A stretch of DNA of 51,715 nucleotides from an uncultured Actinomycetes bacterium (GCA_903915545.1 CAIWTI010000038.1:1-51715); one strand, 5' to 3'. Positions 1 to 9,273 are shown, counted from the stretch's first letter. Program-made: numbers and translations. Notes: generated by a model not told the origin, from the letters alone.

Positions 1-1245
1 ACCCGACGCCGATCGCACACCACCCGGGTGCGGCGTCACGGTGAACGTTGCGAAACCCGGGGACGTGGGCTGCACACCCAGGAGGTAATGCGTCAGCGCG
101 GGGGCAGCACCTGTTGACCAGCCGTGATCCCACGAGCCGGGTGTCCCGAGCGGGCCTGAGCCGTACGGCCCGATCGACTCCCACATCGTTCCCGGGCCGT
201 TCGCGAGCATGTACCCCCACTCGCGCCGGATCAGGTCGACGGCCGAGCTGTCCAGCCCGGTGACGAAGCGCGCCTCGACTTCGAAGTAGCTGACGAAGGG
301 GTAGACCCGCAGCTGGGATTGGTAGCCAAACGCGGGGTCGTCCCACGCCGCCGAGTCGTTGATCGTGTTGCCGTAGACGCGCGCGTTGTGATCGCTTAGC
401 CAGCCAAGCGCCGACTTGGCCTGGTCTGGCGATGCGACCGCGGCAAGCACCGCGAACGCGTTGCCGTCCTGCGGATGCGAGCGCGCATCCTCGGTCGTGT
501 CGAAGAAGGCTCCCGCCTTGCTGTCCCAGAATGCAGACACGATCTTCGGAACCATCGCCGTCGCACGCGCCGACCAGTTCGACGCGCGCGTCGAGTCGCC
601 CGCCCACGTCGCGATGTCTGCCCCTTCACGGAGCGCCAAGACATAGAGGTTGTTGTAGTACGACACCGCCGCGCCACGGTGGCGAATGAACCCGTAGTCG
701 TAATCTCCGATCAGATTCACCACGAGACCGCTCTGCATCCGCGACGCGTACCACTGGTCGAGAATGCGGCCCACGCCGGGAAGCAACCGGACTGCCGTTG
801 CGATGTCGCCACTCTGAAGCACGTACTGGTGCAGGACGTCGATCCAGTACGCGGAGTAGTCGTTGGTCTCCATCCAACCACCCTCGAGTGGTGAGGCGGG
901 AATCGCACCGTCGTCGTGCTGGAGCGACCAGAACATCAAGAGCATGTCCTTCACGAGTCCCGGGTCATCCCCCGCCGCCATCAACGTCGCGCCACTCACA
1001 GCGATGTCGCCGATGTACGGGCAGCGATCGCGATCCTTGCCGTCAAGAATCAGCAGCTCGTTCGGCACCGGGCAGCCAAGCGGGCTCAGATTCGTTGGTG
1101 CTGACACAACGTCTTCGGCGGTCTTCACCGACGCCGCCCAGATCTGATTGAGCAACGGGTCGTTGGACGTGAACGTGCCGCGCGCCGCGGTTGCGGGCGT
1201 CGCGAACATCAGTGCGAGGGCGAGTGAAAAGAGAAGGGTCTTCAC
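1..1245 (-). CDS. Secreted six-hairpin glycoside hydrolase, alpha-L-rhamnosidase (GH78)-like catalytic domain; 3' end runs off the window
   Basis: Absent from the ORF track because there is no stop inside the window. My reverse translation from GTG at 1245 gives MKTLLFSLALALMFATPATAARGTF (signal peptide with AxA site). It continues LILDGKDRDRCPYIGD, WSLQHDDGAIP and DHGWSTGAAP, and the frame stays open to position 1. The D-x3-RD-R-x4-GD motif resembles GH78 catalytic domains. Confidence 0.6.
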   Translation of the reverse strand, partial: MKTLLFSLALALMFATPATAARGTFTSNDPLLNQIWAASVKTAEDVVSAPTNLSPLGCPVPNELLILDGKDRDRCPYIGDIAVSGATLMAAGDDPGLVKDMLLMFWSLQHDDGAIPASPLEGGWMETNDYSAYWIDVLHQYVLQSGDIATAVRLLPGVGRILDQWYASRMQSGLVVNLIGDYDYGFIRHRGAAVSYYNNLYVLALREGADIATWAGDSTRASNWSARATAMVPKIVSAFWDSKAGAFFDTTEDARSHPQDGNAFAVLAAVASPDQAKSALGWLSDHNARVYGNTINDSAAWDDPAFGYQSQLRVYPFVSYFEVEARFVTGLDSSAVDLIRREWGYMLANGPGTMWESIGPYGSGPLGTPGSWDHGWSTGAAPALTHYLLGVQPTSPGFATFTVTPHPGGVRSASG

Positions 1246-1387
1246 GGGCGCAAAGCGCAAGCCGCGGAGCCGAGACCTGTTCCGTGACTTGGGGGGCGCC
1301 CGAGTATGGCGGTTTTGCCGAGGCTTGTGAAGGCCTGACCCGATTTGTGATCTGTGCGCGCCAGCGAAAGCCCTCTACCCTCTGACC

Positions 1388-2317
1388 ATGCCGCTGTATC
1401 TCACCGAAGCCGACGTCACCGCTCTGCTGACCCCCACCGACGCCGTCGTTGCGGTCGAGGCCTCGTTCGAACGACTCGCGCGCGGCGCTGTCGACAACCG
1501 ACCGCGCCAACGGATGCCACTCGAAGATGGTGTCTTCGCGGTGATGAGCGCCGTCGATCATGAGCTCGGCTACGCGGGCGTCAAGAGCTACGCATGGCTC
1601 CCGGGTGGAACGCCATTCGTGGTGCTGCTCTTTTCGGTCGCCGACGCGCGGCTCGAAGCGGTGATCGAGGCCGACGCGCTCGGGCGGCTCCGTACCGGCG
1701 CTGCCTCCGGTGTCGCGGCCAAGTACCTCGCACGTGAGGGTGCCACGACCCTCGGGGTGATCGGAACCGGTTGGCAGGCGGGCACGCAGGTCGAAGCGAT
1801 CCGCGCCGCCGTGCCGACGATCGAGAAGGTCGTCGCTTACGGGCGCAACCCCGACCGGCTCAAAGCCTTCTGCAAGGAGTTCAACTGCGTGGCCGGCGAG
1901 TCACACCGCCAAGCGGGCGAGCAAGACATCGTCGTGACCGTGACCACGTCAAAGGATCCGGTGCTGCGTGGCGAGTGGCTTAAGGAAGGCGCCCTCGTGT
2001 GTGCTGTCGGCGCGAATGACGCCTCCCGCCGCGAGCTCGACAACGCGGTGCTCGAACGCGCGGCGTTCGTCGCGTGCGACTCCCGCGAGCAGTCGCGCCT
2101 TGAGTCAGGCGACCTGATCGAACCCGTCGAGCGCGGTGTCCTCGACTGGCTCGAAGTGCACGAGCTGCAGGAGGTCGTCTCGGGAGAGGTGCAGGGCCGT
2201 GCGGCAGACACCGACATCGTCCTCTTCAAGTCCAACGGCATCACCGCGTGGGATATCGCCGTCGGCGCACGCGTCGTCGAACTCGCCCGCGAGCGGGGCG
2301 TCGGCCGCGAGCTCTAG
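1388..2317 (+). CDS. Ornithine cyclodeaminase / mu-crystallin family protein
   Basis: 309 aa. It has the typical family N-terminus (LTEADV...AVEASF), the [14 protein letters not shown] motif and a Rossmann motif [16 protein letters not shown] -10-like box (1376-1381) lies 6 nt upstream of the ATG. Confidence 0.85.
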   Translation: MPLYLTEADVTALLTPTDAVVAVEASFERLARGAVDNRPRQRMPLEDGVFAVMSAVDHELGYAGVKSYAWLPGGTPFVVLLFSVADARLEAVIEADALGRLRTGAASGVAAKYLAREGATTLGVIGTGWQAGTQVEAIRAAVPTIEKVVAYGRNPDRLKAFCKEFNCVAGESHRQAGEQDIVVTVTTSKDPVLRGEWLKEGALVCAVGANDASRRELDNAVLERAAFVACDSREQSRLESGDLIEPVERGVLDWLEVHELQEVVSGEVQGRAADTDIVLFKSNGITAWDIAVGARVVELARERGVGREL

Positions 2318-2347
2318 CGCGTCGAGAAGGTAGGCCGTGCTGAGGAG

Positions 2348-2587
2348 TTAGGCCGCGCTGCCGCGATGCGCGGCGATGGTGTCTTCGCCAACCGAGCGAA
2401 TCACTTCGGGGTGATCGAGCACCCGCGAGACCTGGTCGGGCGAGAACCGGTTCGTCACGTAGTGATCCTCGAGGATCTCGGTGAGCGAACGGCCCTTGTG
2501 ATGCTCACGAATCACGTACTCGACAACAAGCTCTTCCTTCTGCGGCTTGGAGAAGAGGAACGCGAACGGATTAGGGATGCGAGCCAT
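2348..2587 (-). CDS. Small hypothetical protein (79 aa)
   Basis: Internal ATG (M40) of track ORF 2348..2704. The upstream part of that ORF would overlap the end of the DtxR gene. The sequence MARIPNPFAFLFSKPQKEELVVEYVIREHHKGRSLTEILEDHYV matches no family I recognise. Confidence 0.4.
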   Translation of the reverse strand: MARIPNPFAFLFSKPQKEELVVEYVIREHHKGRSLTEILEDHYVTNRFSPDQVSRVLDHPEVIRSVGEDTIAAHRGSAA

Positions 2588-2636
2588 CGGCCGCGATTCT
2601 ATCCCGGTCCGCCGCAGGAGTGGGGGCGAGAACCGC

Positions 2637-3065
2637 TCAGGTCGGCCACTCGAGGTTCGCGTCGGGAATCGGATCGCCGTGCGGATCGTGCGTGGGGAAC
2701 CCAAGCGCCGAGTCGATGCGCGCTTCGAGCTCCTCTGAGATCACGTGCTCAAGCCGGTCGGCCTCGTCGTGCACCGCGTCGAGATGCAGGCCGAGCGTGT
2801 GGGCGAGATACAGCTCAAGCAGCCGGTGGTGACGGATCACCTCAAGGGCGACCTTCTCGCCCGCCGGGGTGAGCTCGGCGCCGCGATAGGGCTCGTGTAC
2901 CAGCAGCTCCAGCGCATCGAGCTTCTTCACCATCGCCGAGGCCGACGCAGCCGACACACCCTGGTCGCGGGCGATCGCGGTGATCGTCGCGCGTCCCGTC
3001 GCGGCCTGCAGCTTGTAGATCCCTTTGAGGTAGTCCTGGATCGACTCCGAGAGCGGCGCCGTCAT
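2637..3065 (-). CDS. DtxR/MntR-family metal-dependent transcriptional repressor (two-domain, no SH3-like domain)
   Basis: 142 aa starting at the internal ATG of track ORF 2637..3551. It has the family-typical N-terminus SESIQDYLKGIYKL, a winged HTH (ITAIARDQGVSAASASAMVKKL) and the dimerisation/metal region EVIRHHRLLELYL...HDEADRLEHVIS. Confidence 0.85.
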   Translation of the reverse strand: MTAPLSESIQDYLKGIYKLQAATGRATITAIARDQGVSAASASAMVKKLDALELLVHEPYRGAELTPAGEKVALEVIRHHRLLELYLAHTLGLHLDAVHDEADRLEHVISEELEARIDSALGFPTHDPHGDPIPDANLEWPT

Positions 3066-3107
3066 AGCCCGAGCGTAGCGCCCCTCGCTGGTTGGTAGCG
3101 TGGGCAC
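3066..3107. promoter_or_regulatory. 42-bp divergent intergenic region with mirrored -10-like boxes (leaderless promoters)
   Basis: On the plus strand, TAGCGT (3096-3101) is followed by a 6-nt spacer and ATG 3108. On the minus strand, TACGCT (3077-3072) is followed by a 6-nt spacer and ATG 3065. Both fit TANNNT. Confidence 0.45.
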
Positions 3108-3923
3108 ATGGCTATTAGGGTGGGACACAGTGCAGACCCCGACGACGCGTTCATGTTCTGGGCGATCGACGCGGGCCGCATCGACACGCACGGGATCGAG
3201 TTCGAGCAGGTCGTCTCGGACATTCAGACGCTCAACGAGTGGGCAACCGAGGGGCGCCTTGAGGTGACCGCGATCTCGATGGGGGCCTACCCGTCGGTCG
3301 CAGAGCACTACATGCTGCTGCCGCACGGAGCCTCGTTCGGCGAGAACTACGGACCGATCCTCGTCGCGCAGGAGGAGCTCACACTCGACGAGCTCCGCAA
3401 CGAGGAGATCGTTATTCCCGGCCGCCTCACCACCGCGTACCTCGTGCTGCGCCTGCTCCTTGGTGAAGACGTCCGTGTGCGCGAGCTGCCGTTCGACGAG
3501 ATTCTCGACGAGGTCTCGTCGGGTCGCGCACGCGTCGGGCTCGTGATCCACGAAGGTCAGCTCACCTATGCCCAGTCCGGGTTGAAGCGGCTTGTTGACC
3601 TCGGCGTGTTCTGGAAGGGCGAGACAGGGCTACCGCTGCCACTCGGTGTCACGGTGATCCGCCGCGACCTTGGCGACGCGATCCCAGGCATTTCCGCGGT
3701 GCTTGGCGACGCGATCGAGGTTGGCCTCGACGAGCGCGATGAAGCGCTCGCCTACGCCGAGGGCTATGGCCGTGGGATCGACAGCGAGACCGCAGACACG
3801 TTCGTCGCGATGTACGTCAACGAGTACACGGTCGACTACGGCGAGACCGGCCGTCGTGCAGTCGACGAGCTGCTCCGCCGCTCGGGCACCGGCGTTACCG
3901 CTGAATTCGCGCCTCGCCGCTGA
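3108..3923 (+). CDS. mqnD: MqnA/MqnD-family protein, most like 1,4-dihydroxy-6-naphthoate synthase (futalosine pathway)
   Basis: 271 aa. The pattern matches MqnD: DIQTLNEWATEGRLEVTAIS, PGRLTTAYLVLRLLL, GLVIHEGQLTY, VDLGVFWKGETGLPLPLGVTVIRRDLG and YVNEYTVDYGETGRRAV. Confidence 0.7.
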   Translation: MAIRVGHSADPDDAFMFWAIDAGRIDTHGIEFEQVVSDIQTLNEWATEGRLEVTAISMGAYPSVAEHYMLLPHGASFGENYGPILVAQEELTLDELRNEEIVIPGRLTTAYLVLRLLLGEDVRVRELPFDEILDEVSSGRARVGLVIHEGQLTYAQSGLKRLVDLGVFWKGETGLPLPLGVTVIRRDLGDAIPGISAVLGDAIEVGLDERDEALAYAEGYGRGIDSETADTFVAMYVNEYTVDYGETGRRAVDELLRRSGTGVTAEFAPRR

Positions 3924-3931
3924 GTGACGCC

Positions 3932-4909
3932 ATGAGCATGCTCGACGTTCGCCTCGAGATCATTCACGCGATCGACGCGACGCGCGTTGGCTACTCGCTT
4001 GAAGAGGACGCCGCGCACGGGCTCGTCGCTGCCTGGATGGAGGCGGCGGGTTTGGAGGTCACAGTCGACGAGGCGAAGAACACGATCGGCCGCCGCGGCG
4101 ACGCGAAGGTCTGGATCGGCTCCCACCTCGACTCGGTGCCAAACGGAGGCAAGTACGACGGTGTGTTGGGTGTGCTCGCCGGCATCGAGATCGCCGAGCG
4201 GACAGACCTGCCGCTCGCCGTCGTGGCCTTTCGAGACGAGGAGCGGAGCTGCGTCGGGAGCGAGGCGGCGGCAGCAGCGGGCGGGCTGCCCGAGGCGTAC
4301 TTCGAGCTCCACATCGAGCAAGGGCCGATCCTCGACACCCTCGACAAGCCGTTCGGCATCGTCACGACGATCGTCGGGCAAGCACGCGGCGAGGTCGTGT
4401 TCGAAGGAACGGCAGGTCACGCGGGGACGACCCCGATGGCTGCCCGCCGCGACGCCCTCGTCGACGCAGCGGCCTTCGTCCTGCGCGTCGCGGAGGCGCC
4501 AAAGGGAGATGCAGTCGCGACGGTCGGGAAGCTCGTGGTTGAGCCAGGCGCCGGCAACGTGATTCCCGAGCGGGTCACGCTCACCGTCGATGCCCGCGCG
4601 TCAACACCCGAGGCGCTCGACGAGCTCGTCGCCACGGTTGGGTTCGAACCGACCTGGCGCACGCAGCCCGTGCCAATGAGTGGCTCGCCGCTTGAGGCGC
4701 TGCGCGCTGCCGCTCCCGGTGCCCCCGAGCTTGTCTCCGGGGCGGGTCACGACGCCGCCTCACTCGCTGCTGCTGGCGTTCCGAGCGCGATGCTCTTTGT
4801 CCGTAGTCGCAATGGCGGCATCAGTCATCACCCCGACGAGTTCTCGTCGGAAGAAGACATCGAAGCGGCTCTCGAAGTGCTGCTCGATGCGGTCGCTAGG
4901 ATCAGCTGA
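3932..4909 (+). CDS. M20-family amidase, allantoate amidohydrolase / N-carbamoyl-amino-acid hydrolase-like (compact, 325 aa)
   Basis: Motifs GSHLDSVPNGGKYDGVLGV, ELHIEQGPIL, GTAGHAGTTPM, PGAGNVIPERV and SGAGHDA...SHHPDE. It sits in a purine-catabolism context. Confidence 0.75.
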   Translation: MSMLDVRLEIIHAIDATRVGYSLEEDAAHGLVAAWMEAAGLEVTVDEAKNTIGRRGDAKVWIGSHLDSVPNGGKYDGVLGVLAGIEIAERTDLPLAVVAFRDEERSCVGSEAAAAAGGLPEAYFELHIEQGPILDTLDKPFGIVTTIVGQARGEVVFEGTAGHAGTTPMAARRDALVDAAAFVLRVAEAPKGDAVATVGKLVVEPGAGNVIPERVTLTVDARASTPEALDELVATVGFEPTWRTQPVPMSGSPLEALRAAAPGAPELVSGAGHDAASLAAAGVPSAMLFVRSRNGGISHHPDEFSSEEDIEAALEVLLDAVARIS

Positions 4910-5400
4910 TGGAGATCCGGCGCGAGGTCATGAGTTGGGACGACCTCGGCGGCGCGTCACGAGCCCTCGCCCAGACGATCCACGACGACGGCTACCAGCC
5001 CGACATCATCCTCTCGATTGCCCGCGGCGGCCTTCTGATCGGCGGTGCCCTCGGCTACTCGCTGGGCGTGAAGAACACCTTCACGATGAACGTCGAGTTC
5101 TACACCGGAGTCGACCAGCGTCTCGACATGCCGATGTTGCTGCCGCCCGTGCCTGACCTTGTCGACTTCGCGAACACCAAGGTGCTCGTTGCCGACGACG
5201 TCGCCGACACGGGCGCAACGCTCGAACTCGTCCGCGAATTCTGTGCAGGCAAGGTCGCCGAAGTTCGCCTCGCTGTCCTCTACGAGAAGTCGCGTTCGAC
5301 CGTGCAATGCGACTACGTCTGGAAGAAGACCGACGACTGGATCGTCTTCCCGTGGAGTGCCGAGAATCCCGTTGGTCAGACGACCGGCGCCGAAGCCTAA
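4909..5400 (+). CDS. gpt: Purine phosphoribosyltransferase (xanthine-guanine PRTase-like)
   Basis: 163 aa with VMSWDDL, SIARGGLLIGG, the PRPP motif VLVADDVADTGATL and C-terminal DWIVFPWS, like Gpt. There is a TGATG stop/start overlap with the upstream gene. Confidence 0.7.
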   Translation: MEIRREVMSWDDLGGASRALAQTIHDDGYQPDIILSIARGGLLIGGALGYSLGVKNTFTMNVEFYTGVDQRLDMPMLLPPVPDLVDFANTKVLVADDVADTGATLELVREFCAGKVAEVRLAVLYEKSRSTVQCDYVWKKTDDWIVFPWSAENPVGQTTGAEA

Positions 5401-5500
5401 ACCGTCGCAAATTGCCCAAAAGTGGGTCTCCAGCCGCCCGCCGTATCTCCTATAGTCGTGATCCCCGCACTACCGGTCCGGCTTGAGGAGGGAGTTGCAC

Positions 5501-6598
5501 GTGAGTAAGAGCAAGGTGGCGCTCGTCGCAGCGCTCACAGCGGTCGTTGCTACGGCTTCGCTCGTTGTTACCGCGGTTGGTTCCGCGAAGCAGCACGACG
5601 TGTTCAAGGCGGCGTGGATCTACGTTGGCCCGCACAACGATGGTGGTTGGTCGCAGGCACACGACGAAGGTCGACTGGCCGTCGTCAAGGCTCTCGGCTC
5701 AAAGGTCGAGACGACCTACAAGGAAAATGTTCCGGAAGGCCCCCAGGTCTCGCAGGTGATCGACAGCCTGGTCAAGGACGGCAACAAGATCATCTTCGCG
5801 ACATCGTTCGGTTACCAGGATGCGGTTCTCGCCGCAGCCAAGAAGTACCCGACCGTCGACTTCGAAATGGCCACCGGCTACAAGACGGCCACGAACATGG
5901 CCGACTACTACGGTGCTGGTGAGGACGCGATCTACCTCTCCGGAATGGCAGCAGGTGCCGCCACCAAGTCCGGCGTTGTCGGTTACGTCGTCCCGTTCGC
6001 GATCCCGGAAGTCATCCGTCACACGAACGCGTTCGCGCTCGGTGTTCAGGCAACCCACCCGGGTGCCACGGTGAAGATCGTGTGGACGAACTCGTGGTTC
6101 TCGCCCGCGACCGAGAAGAAGGCAGCCCAGAGCCTCAAAGCCGCTGGTGCTGACGTGATCGGTCAGAACGTCGACAGCCCGTCGGCCGGCCAGTACTCCG
6201 AGTCGGCCGGTCTGCCGTGGGTTGGCTACGACTCTGACGCGCAGAAGTTCGCGCCGAAGCAGTGGCTCACGGGCGCTGTCTACAACTGGGGCGTCTACTA
6301 CATCCCGCGCGTGAAGGCCGCGATGGCTGGCACGTGGAAGACGGGTTCGTACTACGGCTCGCTTTCGGACGGCTTCACGAAGCTCGCACCGTTCGGCCCG
6401 CTCGTGTCTTCGGCAACGAAGGCAGCGATCGCGACGAAGCTCGCCGCGCTCAAGGCTGGCACGTTCGACGAGTTCGCAGGGCCGCTCTACGACCAGGCAG
6501 GGAAGCTGCGGGTCCCGGCAGGCAAGAAGCTGTCGCTGGGTGACCTGATGGCGATCGACTGGCTCGTCAAGGGCGTCCAGGGCAGCCCGAAGGGCTAA
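5501..6598 (+). CDS. BMP-family (PnrA-like) nucleoside ABC transporter substrate-binding protein
   Basis: The GTG at 5501 is preceded by an SD GAGGAGGG (5485-5492); the track ORF starts at 5483. It has a signal/anchor VALVAALTAVVATASLVV and BMP motifs WIYVGPHNDGGWSQAHDEG and SWFSP. Confidence 0.85.
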   Translation: MSKSKVALVAALTAVVATASLVVTAVGSAKQHDVFKAAWIYVGPHNDGGWSQAHDEGRLAVVKALGSKVETTYKENVPEGPQVSQVIDSLVKDGNKIIFATSFGYQDAVLAAAKKYPTVDFEMATGYKTATNMADYYGAGEDAIYLSGMAAGAATKSGVVGYVVPFAIPEVIRHTNAFALGVQATHPGATVKIVWTNSWFSPATEKKAAQSLKAAGADVIGQNVDSPSAGQYSESAGLPWVGYDSDAQKFAPKQWLTGAVYNWGVYYIPRVKAAMAGTWKTGSYYGSLSDGFTKLAPFGPLVSSATKAAIATKLAALKAGTFDEFAGPLYDQAGKLRVPAGKKLSLGDLMAIDWLVKGVQGSPKG

Positions 6599-6610
6599 AG
6601 ACCAGGCATC

Positions 6611-6636
6611 GCGGGGGGAGCTTCGGCTCCCCCCGC
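6611..6636 (+). promoter_or_regulatory. Perfect 11-bp stem / UUCG tetraloop hairpin between SBP and ATPase genes
   Basis: GCGGGGGGAGC-TTCG-GCTCCCCCCGC begins 13 nt after the SBP stop codon. No T-tract follows, and the ATPase start lies 5-14 nt downstream. Confidence 0.7.
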
Positions 6637-6649
6637 CGCCTTGTTCCCC

Positions 6650-8173
6650 ATGCCGGCGGTCAGCCTTCACGGGATCACAAAGCGTTTCCCCGGCGTCGTC
6701 GCCAATGACGGCGTCGAGTTTGAGGCTGCCGAAGGCGAAGTCCACGCGCTGCTTGGTGAGAACGGCGCGGGCAAGAGCACCCTCTCAAACATCCTCACCG
6801 GCCTCTATCGGCCCGATGAAGGCACCGTCGAGCTCTATGGCGAGCGGGTCGAGTTCGACTCCCCGCGCGATGCGCTCGATGCAGGCATCTGCATGGTGCA
6901 CCAGCACTTTCGGCTTGTTCCGCCGTTCACCGTTGCCGAGAACGTCATCCTCGGCGACCACCGTGGTGAAGGCGGCCGGTTCCTCGTCAACCCGCGTCAC
7001 ATTGAACGGCGTGTCGCCGAGCTCGGTGAGCGCTATCGGATCGCCGTCGATCCGCGCGCACGCGTCTGGCAGCTGTCGCTGGGCGAGCAGCAGCGCGTCG
7101 AGATCCTGAAGGCGCTCTACCGCGAAGCAAAGATCCTGATTCTCGACGAGCCCACCGCCGTGCTCACACCGCAAGAGGCCGAGTCGCTGTTTGTGACGCT
7201 GCGCGCGATGGCCGACGAGGGTCGCACCGTCATCTTCATCTCGCACAAGCTCCATGAGGTGACGGCAGTCGCAGATCGCGTAACGGTGCTGCGTGGGGGC
7301 AAGACCGTCGCCACCGTTGGCACGGCCGACGCGACACCGCAGTCGCTTGCCTCGCTGATGGTTGGGCGCGAGGTCGACGTCGCGACCAGAGTGCCGCGCG
7401 AGATGACGATCGGTGACGCCGTGCTTGAGCTTGAAGGGGTTGGGGCCACTGGCGATCGTGGCGCAGAAGCGCTCCACGATGTGTCGCTAACGGTGCGTTC
7501 GGGCGAGATCGTCGCCGTCGCTGGGGTCGCCGGAAACGGGCAGCGTGAGCTCGCCGAGACGATCACGGGCATGCGTCCGACCACGACTGGCCGCATCGTC
7601 GTCGGCGGTAAGGCGCTCAAGGGAGGCGACTCGCGCGAGGCGATCCACGCGGGCATCGCGCACGTTCCCGAAGACCGTCTCCACACCGGGGTGGCGCCGA
7701 GCTTGAGCATCGCCTCGAACACCGTGCTCAAGAGCTACCGCGGCACGCACATCGCGCGCGGGCCGATGCTGCGGCTTGGTGCGATCAAGGAGCGGGCGTT
7801 GCACCTGATCTCGAGCTACGACGTCCGAACCTCGGGGCCTAACGTTCCCGCGCGACAGCTGTCGGGTGGCAACCTGCAGAAGGTCGTGCTCGGCCGCGAG
7901 TTCTCCGGCGAGCCGCGCGTGCTGATCGCCGCATCGCCAACCCGCGGACTCGACGTCTCGGCGATCGAGACCGTTCACCGCTACATCCGCGAGGGCGCGA
8001 CAGGCGGGATGGGGATCATCCTGATCAGCGAAGACCTCGACGAGATCCTCGCGCTCGCCGATCGCATTGTCGTCATGTACGAAGGTCGGATCGTTGGTGA
8101 GCTCGATGCCGAGACGGCGACGAAGGATGCGATGGGATTGCTGATGGCAGGCGTCACGGAGCCGGTCGCATGA
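6650..8173 (+). CDS. ABC transporter ATP-binding protein with duplicated ABC domains (nucleoside/sugar type)
   Basis: Walker A GENGAGKST, signature LSLGEQQRVEI, Walker B ILILDEP and a second signature LSGGNLQKVVL. The start is ATG 6650 or TTG 6641. Confidence 0.9.
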   Translation: MPAVSLHGITKRFPGVVANDGVEFEAAEGEVHALLGENGAGKSTLSNILTGLYRPDEGTVELYGERVEFDSPRDALDAGICMVHQHFRLVPPFTVAENVILGDHRGEGGRFLVNPRHIERRVAELGERYRIAVDPRARVWQLSLGEQQRVEILKALYREAKILILDEPTAVLTPQEAESLFVTLRAMADEGRTVIFISHKLHEVTAVADRVTVLRGGKTVATVGTADATPQSLASLMVGREVDVATRVPREMTIGDAVLELEGVGATGDRGAEALHDVSLTVRSGEIVAVAGVAGNGQRELAETITGMRPTTTGRIVVGGKALKGGDSREAIHAGIAHVPEDRLHTGVAPSLSIASNTVLKSYRGTHIARGPMLRLGAIKERALHLISSYDVRTSGPNVPARQLSGGNLQKVVLGREFSGEPRVLIAASPTRGLDVSAIETVHRYIREGATGGMGIILISEDLDEILALADRIVVMYEGRIVGELDAETATKDAMGLLMAGVTEPVA

Positions 8174-9273
8174 TCCGCGTCGAGCGTCGTCTCGAGCAGC
8201 CGCGGTGGCTGTCGCTCGCCGTGCCAATCGGGTCGCTCGTCGTCGCCTTCGTCGCGATGACGATCGTCTTGCTCGTCACCGGCCACGATCCGTTCACGAC
8301 ATTCCGGCGACTCTTCGACTCGGCGTTCCTCGGCAGTGCCGAGCTGAACGCGACGTTTGTGTCGGCGACGCCGCTGCTCTTCACCGGCCTCTGCGCTGCG
8401 GTTGCCTTCCGCATGCAGCTCTTCAATATCGGCGGCGAGGGCCAGCTCTACGTTGGTGCGATCTTCGCCGCGGCGGCAGCGCTGCTCGTCTCGGGCGTGC
8501 CAACGGTCGTGGCGATTCCGGTGATGATCGCCATGGGTGCGCTTGGTGGCGCGCTGTTCGCGCTGATCCCGGCCGTGCTGCGCGCGTTCTTCAAGACCAA
8601 CGAGATCATCGTCTCGCTGATGCTCAACTACGTCGCCGCGCTCGTGCTCAACTACTTGATCTTCGACTCGCTCTCGTACTGGCGCGACACCTCCTCGCCC
8701 GAGGCGAAGGTCTTTCCGCAAGGCAAGACGCTGCCTGACGCGGCATCGTGGCCGCTCTCGCATATCGGTGGGCTCGAGCTGCCGTTCGGCCTCCTGCTTG
8801 GCCTCGTGATCGCGGGGGTCGTGTGGGTGCTCTACTCGCGCACGCGCTTTGGTTTCGAGGTGCAGGTGATTGGCGACTCGCCGCGCGCAGCGTCGTACGC
8901 CGGCATGCGTACCCGTCGGAAGATCCTCGCGGTGATGGCCCTCTCGGGTGCGATCGCCGGTATCGGCGGCGCGAGTCAGGATGGCGACGTGCGCCACCTG
9001 CTCGATGCCCGAGGTCTGTCGGCAGCCGGATATGGCTACGCGGGCATCGTCGTCGCGGCGCTTGCGCGATACAACCCGTTTGCCGTCGCGCTCGTCGCGT
9101 TCCTGCTCGGCGGTATCCAGAACGCGGGGTACACGCTCCAGGGCGCCGACTTCCCATCGGGTCTCGTGGGCGTCATGCAGGGCCTGATCCTCTTCTGCGC
9201 GCTTGGCGGCGAGCTGCTGATCCGCCACCGCATCCGCTTCGAGCGCCGTCGCCCCGCGGAGAGTGTCGCGTGA
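8170..9273 (+). CDS. ABC transporter permease (BMP-type system)
   Basis: 367 aa and multi-TM, with an ATGA overlap onto the ATPase stop. Typical segments are NIGGEGQLYVGA and IIVSLMLNY. Confidence 0.85.
   Translation: MIRVERRLEQPRWLSLAVPIGSLVVAFVAMTIVLLVTGHDPFTTFRRLFDSAFLGSAELNATFVSATPLLFTGLCAAVAFRMQLFNIGGEGQLYVGAIFAAAAALLVSGVPTVVAIPVMIAMGALGGALFALIPAVLRAFFKTNEIIVSLMLNYVAALVLNYLIFDSLSYWRDTSSPEAKVFPQGKTLPDAASWPLSHIGGLELPFGLLLGLVIAGVVWVLYSRTRFGFEVQVIGDSPRAASYAGMRTRRKILAVMALSGAIAGIGGASQDGDVRHLLDARGLSAAGYGYAGIVVAALARYNPFAVALVAFLLGGIQNAGYTLQGADFPSGLVGVMQGLILFCALGGELLIRHRIRFERRRPAESVA

Noticed and set aside
3066-3107. Canonical DtxR/IdeR iron box (TTAGGTTAGSCTAACCTAA-like) between dtxR and mqnD.
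   Set aside because: No 19-bp palindrome of that type is visible. The only repeat is GTAGCG, which I explain as the two -10-like boxes.
4638-4652. tRNA-like T-arm string GGTTCGAACC.
   Set aside because: It lies inside the M20 amidase coding frame, and no acceptor or anticodon arms can be drawn around it.
5401-5500. Possible purine riboswitch or promoter upstream of the nucleoside ABC transporter.
   Set aside because: I could not find the conserved purine-riboswitch junction and loop sequences (UAUA..GAUAUGG..CCGUAAA..CCGACUA-like) or a three-way junction. Only a TATAGT hexamer and an SD are evident.
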